64,000 bases of DNA from Octopus sinensis (taxonomy: Eukaryota), in contig NC_043013.1 in assembly GCF_006345805.1 (NCBI RefSeq), positions 11,160,001 through 11,224,000 on the forward strand. The letters are read 5' to 3'. The notes under the pieces were generated by a model. It searched no databases. It saw only the letters and a list, made by a program, of their open reading frames with translations, and was not told the origin of the DNA. The position numbers were made by a program, and so were the translations under genes. Each line of letters opens with the position of its first letter. Position 1 is the stretch's first letter. This document shows positions 1-12,540 of the stretch, in pieces.

Positions 1-142
1 ATTCTTTTACAAAAAGAAACTGTTTATGGATATAAATCAACAGCAGCGCACAGTAATATCCAGTGGGGTGATAATCCAAGTAGTATAAAGTTCTTGTGAT
101 AATCCGGGTGGAGTTCGGTAGTAAGGCAGTGCTCCTTAAGTA

Positions 143-485
143 CTCAACTGGTACTCAACTTATGGATCCCAAAAGTATGTAAGTCGACCTCGGTAGAATT
201 TGAGCCCAGAAATTAAAGAGCCGGAGGAAATATTGTAAAGCCCTTTTTTCCCACGCTCTAGCAATTCTCGTAGCTTACCGATCTGGATAATGGTTTCTGA
301 TTAAAGAAGCAATTTTGAGTGAGGTGGGGGGGGGGAGTTGGTCAATATAATCAATTTGAATGGTACTTTATTTTATCGATCCTGGCAGGATTAACAGGTA
401 ATGTTGTTTTCGAAGGTATTTCAACTTAGACCGCAAAGAGTCGGCGAGAAATACTATTAAACATTTCTTTTTTGGCACTTTAACA
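143..485 (-). mobile_element. Two degenerate SINE family A copies
   Basis: Decayed core (gtcgacctcggtagaatttgagc; tggtactttattttatcgatcc) matching intact family A copies at 17145 and 57740. Confidence 0.6.
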
Positions 486-525
<40 letters not shown>

Positions 526-586
526 CGATGATGATGATGATGATGATGAAAATGACGATGATGAGGATAATGATGATGATGATGAT
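484..586. repeat. (GAT)n microsatellite
   Basis: Direct reading. Confidence 0.95.
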
Positions 587-1539
587 TGGCTATTTACAGT
601 TATTGAAATGGTACTTGCCAACAATTCATGGGTCATGAGTTTCTCTCTCCTCCCCTATTTCTCTGGAAACTCTTGAAAAGCTCATGGGGACTGCCTTGTC
701 AATTTGGCCAAACTACATGAAAATGAATAGATGAATAAGAAAATAAATGTAACCACATTCTCGAAACACTCTGAAACAAAGCAAAAACTATTCACAGTGG
801 GGGAACAACGTCTGCTTCTGAGACCCAATAAGATTTACTTGCTCAGTAAGTTTGCTAAAAAAAAATGTCAGCTAAATTTTCTTCAATTCACACGCTACAA
901 ACATAGGGAAACATTGGAGAATTTAGTCTTCCAGGAAATATGAAACAAGAAAATTTTATGAGATGGTCACAACGAGAATATTTCTTGTATTAGATAAGCT
1001 CGAGAGACAACCTGATCGATACACCAACAACATGTACAAGAGGTTATCCTTTAAAAATGAGCTAATCAACATTCGGAAATGAATACAGGAGCAACCTTTT
1101 TTAATATAGTAATATCATTATCATATTTTGTTTATATTATTGCTCTAGCCCTACTGCTGAGGAAAGCAGAAATATCCTATTAAAATTTCAATGGGCCTTA
1201 ACTGTGGAAAGCAGTTCTATGCATAAATTTATCGTTTGTTGAAGAATATTTTGTTTGAAATAATTTTTTTTTTTTTAGGTATGTCAAATTTATTGAAGAA
1301 CCGTGAGTTGTAGAACATACCAATCCTATTTTTTTGTATATATTTAACTTTGTTACCGGAATAACTTTGAAGTTTAATACGCAGTGAAAGGGCTAATCAC
1401 GAATTAATATAGTTTTGTTTTGAGCGTTTCACAAAGGCGTTCCTCGGGGAGAATGTATTTTTATTATATTTGCAAGAATTGCAAGAGCTCTTATAGTAAT
1501 GCACTAGTTTCAATATTCGGTAATCAGAAGAACGAGGAA

Positions 1540-2215
1540 GGTATGTATAAAAGAAACTCGCTAGCTTCAATTCGATGTTCGTGCCTAGTCTTACCTATGG
1601 TCATAAATCTTGGGTAATGATCGAAAGAGTACGTTCGCTAATACAAAGGGGTCGGAATGGTATTCGTCGCGAAGAGCTTTTGGAGTAACTTGCTGGATAG
1701 AGTGGGTAAATCGGAGACAAGGGAACCGCTACTTCTCCGAATCGAAGGATCACAACTCCGACGCTAAAAAAATAAAAATAATGATTAACGTTACCTTCTC
1801 CAATCATACCAACTCATAAAGGCCCAGTTTCAGGATTAATCATTTTTGCCAGCTGAGTGGACTGGAGCAATATGAAATGAAGTATTTTGCTCAAGAACAC
1901 AAGTCGCCTTGTCTAGGAATCGAAACCTCAATCTTACGATCATCAGTCCAACACCCTAACCACTAATCCACACACCTTCACCAGCTCCGATACTACGGGC
2001 ATGTGATAAGAATATCTCAGGAAAGACACACTGGATAGGTTTTACGAACAAATCCAACTTGCAGGAGTCCCAGAGATAGGCCATAAACAAGATAGTTGGA
2101 TAATATTCATAAACTCGGTTGTTCTCGCAGGGGAGATCCAGCCGTATCAATTGGAGACATTTGCTTCTGACAGAACCGATGGAGGGCGTGCTTGAGGACT
2201 CTGCTCTAACGATCC
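1540..2215 (+). mobile_element. RTE-clade LINE 3' remnant (RT C-terminal region), interrupted by a SINE at 1810-1980
   Basis: Translates to decayed FVPSLTYGHKSWVMIERVRSLIQ and YGHVIRISQER...PRDRP...LDNIH, typical of RTE ORF C-termini; stops and frameshifts. Confidence 0.75.
1810..1980 (-). mobile_element. tRNA-derived SINE family C
   Basis: Minus strand gives a tRNA-like head (gtggattagtggttaggg...ggtttcgattcc) followed by gtgttcttgagcaaaatacttcat...cactcagctg; also at 15132, 20421, 45735. Confidence 0.8.
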
Positions 2216-3742
2216 TTTCATGATTAAGTGGGTGAAAAAGATGATAGGATATGAATTTCATATCGTATTCCGACAGGGTCGATACAATTCAGTGCCAGTT
2301 AAATACTGGATTCGATGGTACTGACTGAACCTATCTCAAGATTGATGTCTAAGTCAGAAACCATTACTCAAAGCGTCGAGCTTACAGAGTCGATTGAAGA
2401 TCGCAAACTAAAAGTCTTTACATGTTTCTGCGGGATCTTTATATTCTGCGGTCAAATTCCGTCGAGATAGACTTCGCCTTACATACTTTCTGGGTCCATA
2501 AAATAAATATCAGTTGAGCATATTTAAAAAAAAAATTTTACCTTTGCAATGAAAGACACTGTAACATAATTCTCGATATTTTCGGCCTTTTCCGTTACTT
2601 TCCGGAATGAATTCCTCGGCTTTGTATATAAGTAGTCAATATCAGCCAAGTCTGTCTCGTTATTTCAAATTATGACGGAATCACAATATAACAATAGTTA
2701 TTTTACAGGCTAGACGAAACGAGATATATATAATATATAATACATATGTAGAAAAAAGTATATATTTACCTCCTAGGTCTGTTATCATCGCTTTATTCTG
2801 TGTCGTTTCTCTTTAACCTTCCCTATATTTCAAATTAACCTTGTTGAAAGCATGAATCCAATTTATTTACTATCGAGGTCTTTGTTAATTTCTTCACATG
2901 AAAAATGCATGTTCGTTGTATTTGCAACACACACTCTCTCTGTCTCTGTCTCTCTCTCTCTCACACATACACATATATATATATATATATATATATATTG
3001 CATAGATGTATACTTATACTTAATTTATGTGAGTAATTTCTATAACCATGCGAAGAAGGCGATAATTGAAACCGCGATCTTAAGGCTTCCTATTTATAAA
3101 TCATTCCTGATGAAGTTACAGAGTGTTGACTCTTCTGTGACCGTCTAAATATCGCAACGTATCGCTTCTTACAGTCTAAATGATAGCATCCTATGATATA
3201 TGCAACAGAAATATATTTTGTACGAATCATATTATAATCTGTCATGCGAATAATAGGATATATACAACAATTTATATTATGCATGTTTGCGTACATATGT
3301 GCTTGCGTTCTTGCATGCGAGTGCGCGTATGTGTTTATGCGTGAATAAATGCGTGTTCGTGCATGCTTGTGTGTGTGCCTGTGTGTGTGTGTGTGTATGT
3401 GTGGCAGTATGTTTGTGAAGATCTCTAATGATGTTACGAGGGAGCTGACATACATCGCTTGATATCGAAAATAACATAAATATTACATACTATATTTACC
3501 CTCACACTTGCAAGTGAACACAGAGGCACATCTCTCTCTCTCTCTCTCCCTCTCGCTCTGTCTCTCTCTCTCTCTATATATATATATTCTGTATATACAT
3601 ACATATACATATATGTGAATATATATATATACATATATATATATAACCCCTATCTCAATTGTATATATATATATATATATATATCCATGTATCTATCTAT
3701 CTGTCTATCTATCTATCCATCCATCCATCCATTCATCCATCC

Positions 3743-3803
<61 letters not shown>

Positions 3804-4128
3804 ACGGGCTATTTGTATATGCTTATGTATATATATATATATGTACGCTAACATATACAAATTGCACACACACGCACACACACACGCGCGCATACATGCA
3901 TATATATATATGTACATATATATGCGTGTATATATTTAAGTATTATGTGTGTCTGCGCATGCGCGTGAGTGCGTGTGTGTGTGTATGCATGTATTTTAAG
4001 TCGTTTTCTTTGTATTTCCAAATATATTTATTAATCTTCATTTGGTGCAACGTATGAATTTTCGTTAGACATAAACAAGTTCGTATGACAGCCAAATGCT
4101 TATGTATGTACGTACGTATGTGTGTATG

Positions 4129-4162
<34 letters not shown>

Positions 4163-4319
4163 TGCATCCATACATACCAGTACGACTGTACTCATGCATG
4201 TAATTATGTATGTATGTATCTATGTATGTATATTTGGTTGTTTGGTTGTAGTCCCAGATCGTTCAAGACGGAGTAAAATTATGGTGAAAATTGTTCCAGC
4301 GCCGATCACTCGATAAGTC

Positions 4320-4500
4320 TATAACTTTCTTTCTCTTCTTTCTTCCTTTCTTCCTTCCTTCCTTTCTTTCTTCCTTCCTTTCTTTCTTCCTTCCTTCCTT
4401 CCTTCTTTCTTTCTTTCTGTCTTCCTTCCTTTCTTTCTTCCTCCCTTTCTTTCTTCCTTTATTCCTTCCTTCCTTCCTTCCTTTCTTTCTTTCTTTGCCA
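4320..4500. repeat. (CTTC/TTTC)n polypyrimidine tract
   Basis: Direct reading. Confidence 0.9.
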
Positions 4501-4571
4501 TACTTCAGTTCGTTCTGCCTATCTTTTATTTTCATTTATAAGAGTCTATATCATTTCTACTACAGGCATAT

Positions 4572-4690
4572 GGCCTGGAATTTGAGGGGAGAAGGATAGT
4601 CGATCCGATCACATCGACCCCAGCGCTTGGCTGGTACTTAATTTATCGACCTCGAAAGGATGAAAGGTAAAGTCAACTTCAGCGGAATGT
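4572..4690 (-). mobile_element. SINE family A fragment (tail 2)
   Basis: Core atcgaccccagc..ctggtacttaatttatcgacc..aaaggatgaaagg. Confidence 0.8.
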
Positions 4691-5047
4691 TTCGTTCAAG
4701 TACAAAACGTGTGGCCTAGTCCAGGAATTCAAACCGCAATTTTACAATCTTGCGTGCCACACTCCTAACCACTAAACCACGCACCTCCACAAACCAACAG
4801 AATAAGTACGAAAGTTTGAAAGAAAGAGAAAAAAGGACGTGGATGGATTTCTTCAAGGATACACGCCAAGGCCTGCCCCAGCATAGCTGCTGTTTGATGA
4901 TTGAAACCAGTAAAATATAATAGACTACAGGTAACAAAGCACACTGCAAATTAAACAAGACTGTAAGCATTTAAGAATATAGACGTATATTTAACGAAGA
5001 GTCATGAATTTGCTTCAGTTCTTCCAAGGTGTTTTACACAAATACAT

Positions 5048-5453
5048 TTTCTTTTCTACTCTAGTCACAAGGCCCGAAATTTGGGGGCAGGCGCGTCAGT
5101 GGATTACGTCGACCCAAGTACGCAACTAGTACTTAATTTATAGACCCCGAAAGGAGAAAGGCAAAGTCGGCCTCGACGGAATTTGAACTCCGGACGTAAA
5201 GACAGACGAAATACCTATTTCTATTTCTTTACTACTCACAATGGGCTAAATACAGAGAGGACAAACAAGGAAAGACAAATGGATTAAGTCGATTACATTG
5301 ACCCCAGTGTGTAACTGGTACTTATTTTATCGACCCTGAAAGGATGAAAAGTAAAGTCAACTTCGGTGGAATTTGAACTCAGAACGTAATGGCAGACGAA
5401 ATACCGCTAAGAATTTCACCCGACGTGCTAACGATTCTGCCAGCTCGCCGCCT
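5048..5453 (-). mobile_element. SINE family A dimer (head-core-tail1-core-tail2)
   Basis: Two core units joined at gaaatacc|tatttc (5215/5216). The central domain tentatively resembles the Meta domain of MetaSINEs. Confidence 0.85.
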
Positions 5454-5478
5454 TATATTTATGTACCTATCAACTATA

Positions 5479-5711
5479 CAGTGTTGGCCAAAAGTCACCT
5501 GGCAGTAAATGAAAACCATTTAATTCCGAGCTTAATTCATGTTTAACTACTGAAAGAATTTAATAAAAGTAGCTAAATATGGAACATCAAGAAAATTGTT
5601 CAAACTGAAGTCCTACTTGAGCGATACATTTTACCATTCGAGTCAATACAGAATTACAAATAGTAATCATGGAATTTTGATTGACTGTCGGATGACTTTT
5701 GGCTAACCATG
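5479..5711. mobile_element. Tc1/mariner-type MITE, about 233 bp
   Basis: About 33-bp imperfect TIRs (CAGTGTTGGCCAAAAGTCA / TGACTTTTGGCTAACCATG) with flanking TA at 5477-78 and 5712-13. Confidence 0.75.
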
Positions 5712-6059
5712 TATATGCTCAGGTACAACACACACATCAAAGCTCCCAGATTCTTACGCTAGGCCACACGTTCTTACATGCACATTCGAGCAAGTGTGTG
5801 TGCGTGTGTGTTCTGTGTCTAAGTGATGCTTGTGTTTGAATGGGTTTTGTGAGACTGTAAAAGAAATTATATATTAAGTAATTTATTAACCTTCAATATT
5901 CCTGTGGTCGTTATTTGAAGAAATAATTGGCGCGAATCTTTCAAAGATCGATGCGTTGAAAACGTTTATGGTATAGACATAAATACAGGCATACATACAT
6001 GCTTACATATATCTATGCACCAGTACCTATACACCACACATACGCACACCCACGCCAGC

Positions 6060-6400
<341 letters not shown>

Positions 6401-7343
6401 ATTCATATACTTATACTATATATATCATATACTTGAATATATAAGTATATATAACATATATATATATTTATATATGTACATATATATATATATATGAACA
6501 CACCTGCCCATAACGAGAGAGGGAGTCTCGAATTTGTAATCTAATCGATTTCATGTAAAAAAAAAAACATAAAATACAAACTAAAAATATCTAAACAGAT
6601 ATTAAAACAAATTAATACACAATAAAACAGCAGTAACTAAATCCACGTTTCATTTAATAACACCCAAGTAAGTTAGACAAGCAAACAAAAAAAAAAAAGA
6701 TAAAGAAAAAGGAAAAAAGAAAGAAAAGAAAAGAAAGAAGAAAACAATATAAAACATTCTTAACAACAACAAAAAAAAACATTAAATACAACAAATAATT
6801 AAATACAAGCAAAAAGGAGAAAAATATAAAAAAATATCATTTAATGAAAAACAATGTAGCAAAACAATAAATTTAGTTGTTATTAGTTTTGTTATTACTT
6901 TTATTGTTCTTCTTCTTATTGTTATTGTTATCATCAATAAGTGTGTTCCGGAGGTCTGTCGGTTTTGTAATAAGAATAGATTGTCGACACTCGGGAGACC
7001 GGACATAAAATAATTGAAATAATTAAAATGGTGACCGCCATTACAATGTCTGGACGCCATTTTGAATTTTGTTTTGCTTTTCTTTTTTGACGAAGCAGGG
7101 TAAAAGCAGTCAGAGAGTTTCGTACGGTTCTACCTGATCCAGACACGCGCGCGTGCACAATGTTCGCAGACACACACACACACGCACACACACACACACA
7201 CATACACACACACATACACACACACAGACAGACACACACACACACAGAAGTATACGCTCAAATACACACACCACACACATGTAAGTTCGTGCACTGTCAA
7301 ACATCTCTCTCTCTCTATCTATCTATCTATATGTCTCTGTCTC

Positions 7344-7374
<31 letters not shown>

Positions 7375-7383
<9 letters not shown>

Positions 7384-7480
7384 ACTTCTTTCTCTTTCCG
7401 TCCACCAAATTCACTCACAAGGTTGTGGTCGGCCCGATGCTATAGCAGAAAATAGTTGCTCAAGTTGCCACGCATCGCAA
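7375..7480 (-). mobile_element. SINE family B, 5' half fragment
   Basis: accaaattcactcacaaggttgtggtcggcccga..gctatagcagaa matches family B (62390-62844). Confidence 0.75.
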
Positions 7481-7755
7481 CCACGCCTGTATATAAATAT
7501 ATACATATATGCGTGTATGGGTGTGTGCGTGTATGTGTGAGTGTGTATTTATATACATATATCAAAAGGAATACAAAAAACACGGACGGGTCATTTGAAG
7601 TTTTCTTTCCTCAGTCGAGTTCCAGATTATCTTTGCAATTTCAACTCGAGATTGCTCCAATCTGGCCAGCCCCAAGAAAAAACTAAGCTAAGAGCACTAG
7701 ATTCCTTGGAAGTAAATAGCGAATATATATACATATGTATACATATATATATATA

Positions 7756-9044
7756 CGAGGGGCGTTCAAAAGTAATGCCTCTGACCCACTTGTAGTTGTT
7801 TGATCTAGCTGAAAGTTTGCATGTGCAATTATTTATATCTCTATAGATTAAGTGGAAAATTACAGCTCTGAACTAATTGTGGTTTCTGATTTACAGGTGT
7901 TTGAACTGAGTCAAGTGTGAAATGGAGCCTGTTGAGTGTCGAGCAGTGATCCGCTTTTTGTATTTGAAAGGACGCACACCACATGAGACTTTTGATGAAA
8001 TGAAAGTAACTTATGGTGATGATGCCCCATCATATGACCTTGTAAAACGCTGGCATCGTGAATTCAAACATGGTCGGAACTCTGTGGAAACAGCTCCCAG
8101 ATCTGGTCATCCCCCTTCTGCCATTGATGAGGCATCTGTCCGTCAAGTTGAGGCTGCTATTTTGGAAGATCGACGCATAACTATTCGCCAAATAGCCCAT
8201 GAGGTCAAGATTAGTACCGGGTCTGTGGAAACTATCATTCATGACCATTTGCATATGCAAAAGGTGTCTGCCAGATGGATTCCCAGGTTTCTCACACCTT
8301 TCCAGAAGCAAGAACGCGTCGAGTGCTCGAGGATGAATTTGGAGATGTGCCAAGAAGATGAGTCAAAATTTTTCAAAAGACTGATTACACAGGATGAAAC
8401 CTGGGTCCATCATTATGATCCAGAGACCAAAGCCCAGTCAATGCAGTGGAAGCACCGTGACTCACCTCCTCCAAAGAAGGCAAGGGTGCAACCCTCCGCT
8501 GGCAAGGTCATGCTCACAGTCTTCTGGGACCAGGACGGAGTAGTGATGACAGATTTCCTGGCAAAGGTACCACAATTGCAGGAGCCTATTATGCTTCACT
8601 TTTGAGGAATTTAAGAGAAGCTATCAAAATCAAGAGGCGGGGCAAGATCAGCAAAGGCATCCTCCTCTTGCAGGACAACGCTCCGGTCCACAACTCGCGT
8701 GTCGCCAGATCAGAAGCACAGGCGTGCGGCTATGAACTCCTCCCCATCCCCCCTACTCTCCTGACTTTGCACCCTCTGATTTTCACCTCTTCCCTGCCAT
8801 GAAGTTGTTTTTGAAAGGAAAGCGTTTCCCAGATGATGCAGCCTTGATTTCTGAAGTCACGTCGTGGTTGGAGGACCAAGCTGGGGTCTTCTACAAAATC
8901 GGTCTCCAGAGCTGCATCAAACAATGGGAGAAATGCATAACTCTGGGTGGTTCCTATGTAGAAAAAGACTAATAACTGTGCCAAGTTTCGTTGCTCTACT
9001 GCTAGGGGAAGTGGGTCAGGGGCATTACTTATTGAACGCCCCTC

Positions 9045-9045
<1 letters not shown>
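7756..9045 (+). mobile_element. Full-length mariner (DD34D) DNA transposon, 1290 bp
   Basis: About 35-bp TIRs (CGAGGGGCGTTCAAAAGTAATGCCTCTGACCCACT and its near-complement at 9011-9045), TA TSDs at 7754-55 and 9046-47, inserted in (TA)n. Confidence 0.97.
7922..8972 (+). pseudogene. Mariner transposase, about 350 aa when two 1-bp deletions are repaired
   Basis: HTH N-terminus, WIPR motif, TQDETW / QDNAPVH / YSPDFAPSD with 34 residues between the last two Asp. Frameshifts near 8566 and 8745; stop at 8970-72. Confidence 0.95.
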
Positions 9046-9089
<44 letters not shown>

Positions 9090-9935
9090 CATACATACAT
9101 ATGTGCGTACATATATATATGTATGTATGGATATATATATATATATATATCACCTTCGAAGCGTAGAGTAGATGAAACCATGGCGACTGAAGAAGGGGCT
9201 TTTTCCTTGTGTTATTTGTCTTGTACTCTATTTTTTTGTTGTTTAAGAAAAATGTCCATTTCCTTGGGTTTGTGTCTAAGTTTTCGTTTCTCATTGTGTT
9301 CGACGTCTTTTTGGCGTCCTGTACTCATATATGCGTGTATATATACATGTAGAGGTAGGTACGTACATATATGTATATATATATGCATATGTTTTATTTA
9401 TTAATATATTATATATATATATTTATATATATATATGTATTCACATATAGATATACATATGCATACACACACGCATATTACACGTAAATGTATATATACA
9501 TTTGCATGTACACATTATATAAACACACGCTCTTAGGCACAGGCACCAGTAAAAATAACATTGAATGACATTAGGAAACTACGTCTGCACACATGCTGTT
9601 AAATAAGCAAACACTTTCGACTCATAGTGCACACGTGCAGATGTATTTGTTATGAGATACAAGCACAGTTACTAAAAAAGATGTGTTTACATACATGAAT
9701 ACATACATTCATGCTTACATACATACGAGCATGCATATGTATGTAATATATTCAATTGCAAATCACCCACAGAGGTAAATATGCAACGTACATAGAAAAA
9801 TTGCCAGACAAACGTATACAGATGTACAAGTACAGAAACCATACACAGACGTAAAAACCATATGCGCACACACAAACACACACAAACGCGCGTGCGCGCG
9901 TTCCCTGCCTCTCTTTCTCTCTCTGTCACTCACAG

Positions 9936-10080
9936 CGTAATAAGAGACATCGACGCAAACAAGGGACTTCGTTATACGCACATAAACATAAACGTCCACG
10001 ATACGTGAGTGCCCGCCTTTACCACAAGCCGACCGGAAACAGCAGTCGCGTGCGTGACGTCACCGAATAATGGCGTAATG
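9936..10080. promoter_or_regulatory. Candidate promoter or small exon island
   Basis: CpG-rich, non-repeat sequence. Palindromic CRE GTGACGTCAC 10054-63, ETS-like CCGGAA 10033-38, YY1-like AATGGCG 10069-75, and splice-like sites on both strands. Confidence 0.35.
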
Positions 10081-11017
10081 CTTGAGGGTAACAAATTGAT
10101 AATGGAATAAAAAGATGAAATAAGTAGCTTTGGAAAAACAAACAGATAGATAAAAATAAATAAAAATAAATAAACAAGATGACAACATTTTTCTCAAATA
10201 AACAGAATGGATTACATAAACGAAATCTGTAAAATAAACAAACAAAAAATTAAAACAAGATGTCTGCGAAAAATTTGCTTGTTTGGATGTTGCTTTTTTC
10301 AGCTCTTAATTAGTTGTAGTTGCTTTTTATCCCCAATCAGTTTTTAGGCAGCAACCCTGTTAACAAAACCGTTCTTTCCATGAACGTCATGTCTGTGTGT
10401 TTATGTTTATCGAGATCTACGTTGTCTAATGATTAATGTTCTTTATGTAAAAAAGTTCGATGTAATTTGAGGGAGATTTGGCCATTATTGGCGTGGAGCA
10501 AGCATGGACAATAGTTTTCGAGAAGCGGGCTGTATCAAAAACAGCTCATCTTCAGGCGAGCCGCATCACTGAAATGATCAAGGTAATTATGCATTGGCTG
10601 GCCATTTGGAATGACTGCCGGGCCGCAGTTTGATTATGAGGAGCGTTGAGCCTTCCTCCTTGTTATGCCGCACGTTCGGATGACCTCTACTCAACTTCTC
10701 CTCTACTCTCCTACTCGTCTAGTCTACCTTAACGTCTAGACTTCTCCCTCTATATCTATGTATTGGGCTAGCCTACTTCATCGCCTGGGGGCGTCCACAC
10801 AACATCCTTGAATTTGATTATGAATAGTTCTTATTCTTTTTTGGCAGTAATATTAGTGATTAGCTTCAGGTCAGCCCTGAGCATTGCAAACCTATTTTTA
10901 TTAGTTATTGTTGATGCTTCTCAGCTCTTCCGCCAGTCCTGAGATAGCCAATTTGTGATCAAAAGAGTTCTAGCAATGACCTAATCACTTATATAAACGT
11001 ACTTTATTGATTTGAGT

Positions 11018-11085
11018 ACGGTTTGATTTGAGAGGGAATTGGTTGCTATTTTTACCAGGTCGAGCGACAACGTAGACACCTTCTC
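11018..11085 (+). repeat. Short dispersed repeat (GATTTGAGGGAGATTTGG..CTATTTCTAGCAGG)
   Basis: Related copies at about 10463-10490, 19557-19605 and 43405-43445. Confidence 0.6.
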
Positions 11086-11511
11086 ATTTCTGCTGTTGCT
11101 GCTGCTGCTGCTGCTGCTACTGTTGTTGTTGTTGTTGTTTCCGTTGTCGTCTCTGTCGATATTGTTGTCGCTTAGCCCCCAGAACACGCCTCAGCGAGCG
11201 AGCAAGTATCTTTTCAAAAGTGATCCAGCAATGACCTACCTATCTGTATTTTGCATGTTCGAGGGGTCGCATTTCGTTGCTACCTCTGGTATATAAAACG
11301 AACTAAATTGCAACTATAACGCTGGCTTTCCGGACAATGGTGATACAAAATTTCTTATAATCCGCACTAATTTATGAGCAGGAACTTCAAATTCTCACGG
11401 CCACCAGACCAACTTATTGGTATTTTGCAAAGATTAGTACCCTGTATAGCTAACTCGTATCATGTTAATGCACAAGCATTTATATTTTGTGTATCTTCTA
11501 ACATGTACCCT

Positions 11512-11650
11512 TCACTTGTTTCAGTCGGGAGACTGCGGCCATAGAATTTTAAGTCCAACAAATCTTGGTACTTATTTTGTCGGTTTCTTTTGCCGAACCA
11601 TGAAGCTACAGGGACGTAAGCACACCAGCACCAGTTGCCAAGCGATGTGT
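11512..11650 (-). mobile_element. SINE family B, 3' half
   Basis: cttgtttcagtc..actgcggcca..cttttgccgaacc. Confidence 0.75.
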
Positions 11651-11782
11651 GTGTGGTGTGTGTGTATGTGTGTGTGCGAGTGTGTATGTGTGTGTGTGTA
11701 CCGGCAAACAGACACAAAGACGCACACGCGCGCGTGCACACACACACACGTGCACACACACACACACACACGTGCACACGCA

Positions 11783-11812
11783 TCTATATATATATAAAGC
11801 AGAAACTGTCTC

Positions 11813-11853
<41 letters not shown>

Positions 11854-12540
11854 AAGTTCGAAGGTTTATAACTCGAGTTCCACTTTACCGATTCGATTGA
11901 AATTTCAGACATGCATTTGGTATGTTTCGAGGCATGTTTCAGTCATAACAACTGCTTCCATCAATGTTCGGTTTTCACAAAAACTCGATCGATAATTATC
12001 GATTTTTTTCCAAAAGTCGTTCGATTTTGATCAAACTTGACATACTTATGCATTCTTACCCAAGGGTTTTCGTTTCGTTATTATTGTTTTCAAATTCCGT
12101 TTCGTTAAAGCAGGCCATAGCGCCAGAACCATTGAGCCGAATTAAACCAAACTCGGTAAACGAATGCATTTTCACCCAATGAGTTTTATGCCATGGTTCA
12201 TTTAATTAAATTGCGCTTTGTTTGAGCACAATTCGACAAACTCACAGTCGAACAAAATGCCTTTCTTGAGGTAACTCCTGATTTGTTTTTCTCAGAACAC
12301 TGACCCCATTCCTTCTCCGATGCATAAACAATTAATCTCCTCCATGATGTGCACACACATTGTGACCCCACATGAACTCAAAATAGCCACTGTCAATAGC
12401 AGTAAACATCCGGCACTAAGGTTTTCCATTGCAATAAATGAAAACGATTTCTATGTGTAGCATGAGATAGTTAAAGCAATAACAGCCTCTGCACTGCACA
12501 AGCTACTGGTAGGTACTTACTGCTTCCTTCATCCATTTCA
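11783..12540 (+). mobile_element. Helitron-like non-autonomous element, 5' part
   Basis: Starts TCTATATATATATAAAGCAG followed by (TG)n, like the starts at 13676 (-) and about 63258 (+); no clear 3' end. Confidence 0.4.

Noticed and set aside
600-1080. Complex sequence with a 70-aa ORF (731-943)
   Set aside because: No recognisable motif; probably old TE debris.
3107-3145. CTGATGA followed by a hairpin (hammerhead?)
   Set aside because: No GAAA after stem II and no stem I/III.
6934-7045. Signal-peptide-like MAVTILIISIILCPV on the minus strand
   Set aside because: Stops after about 35 codons with no convincing splice donor.
9187-9310. CTGAAGAAGGGG, possible Penelope-like end
   Set aside because: The second half of the core is missing; too decayed to call.
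10505-10558. Minus-strand CTGAAGA..CTCGAAA hammerhead-like motif
   Set aside because: No NUH site or stem I pairing after GAAA.
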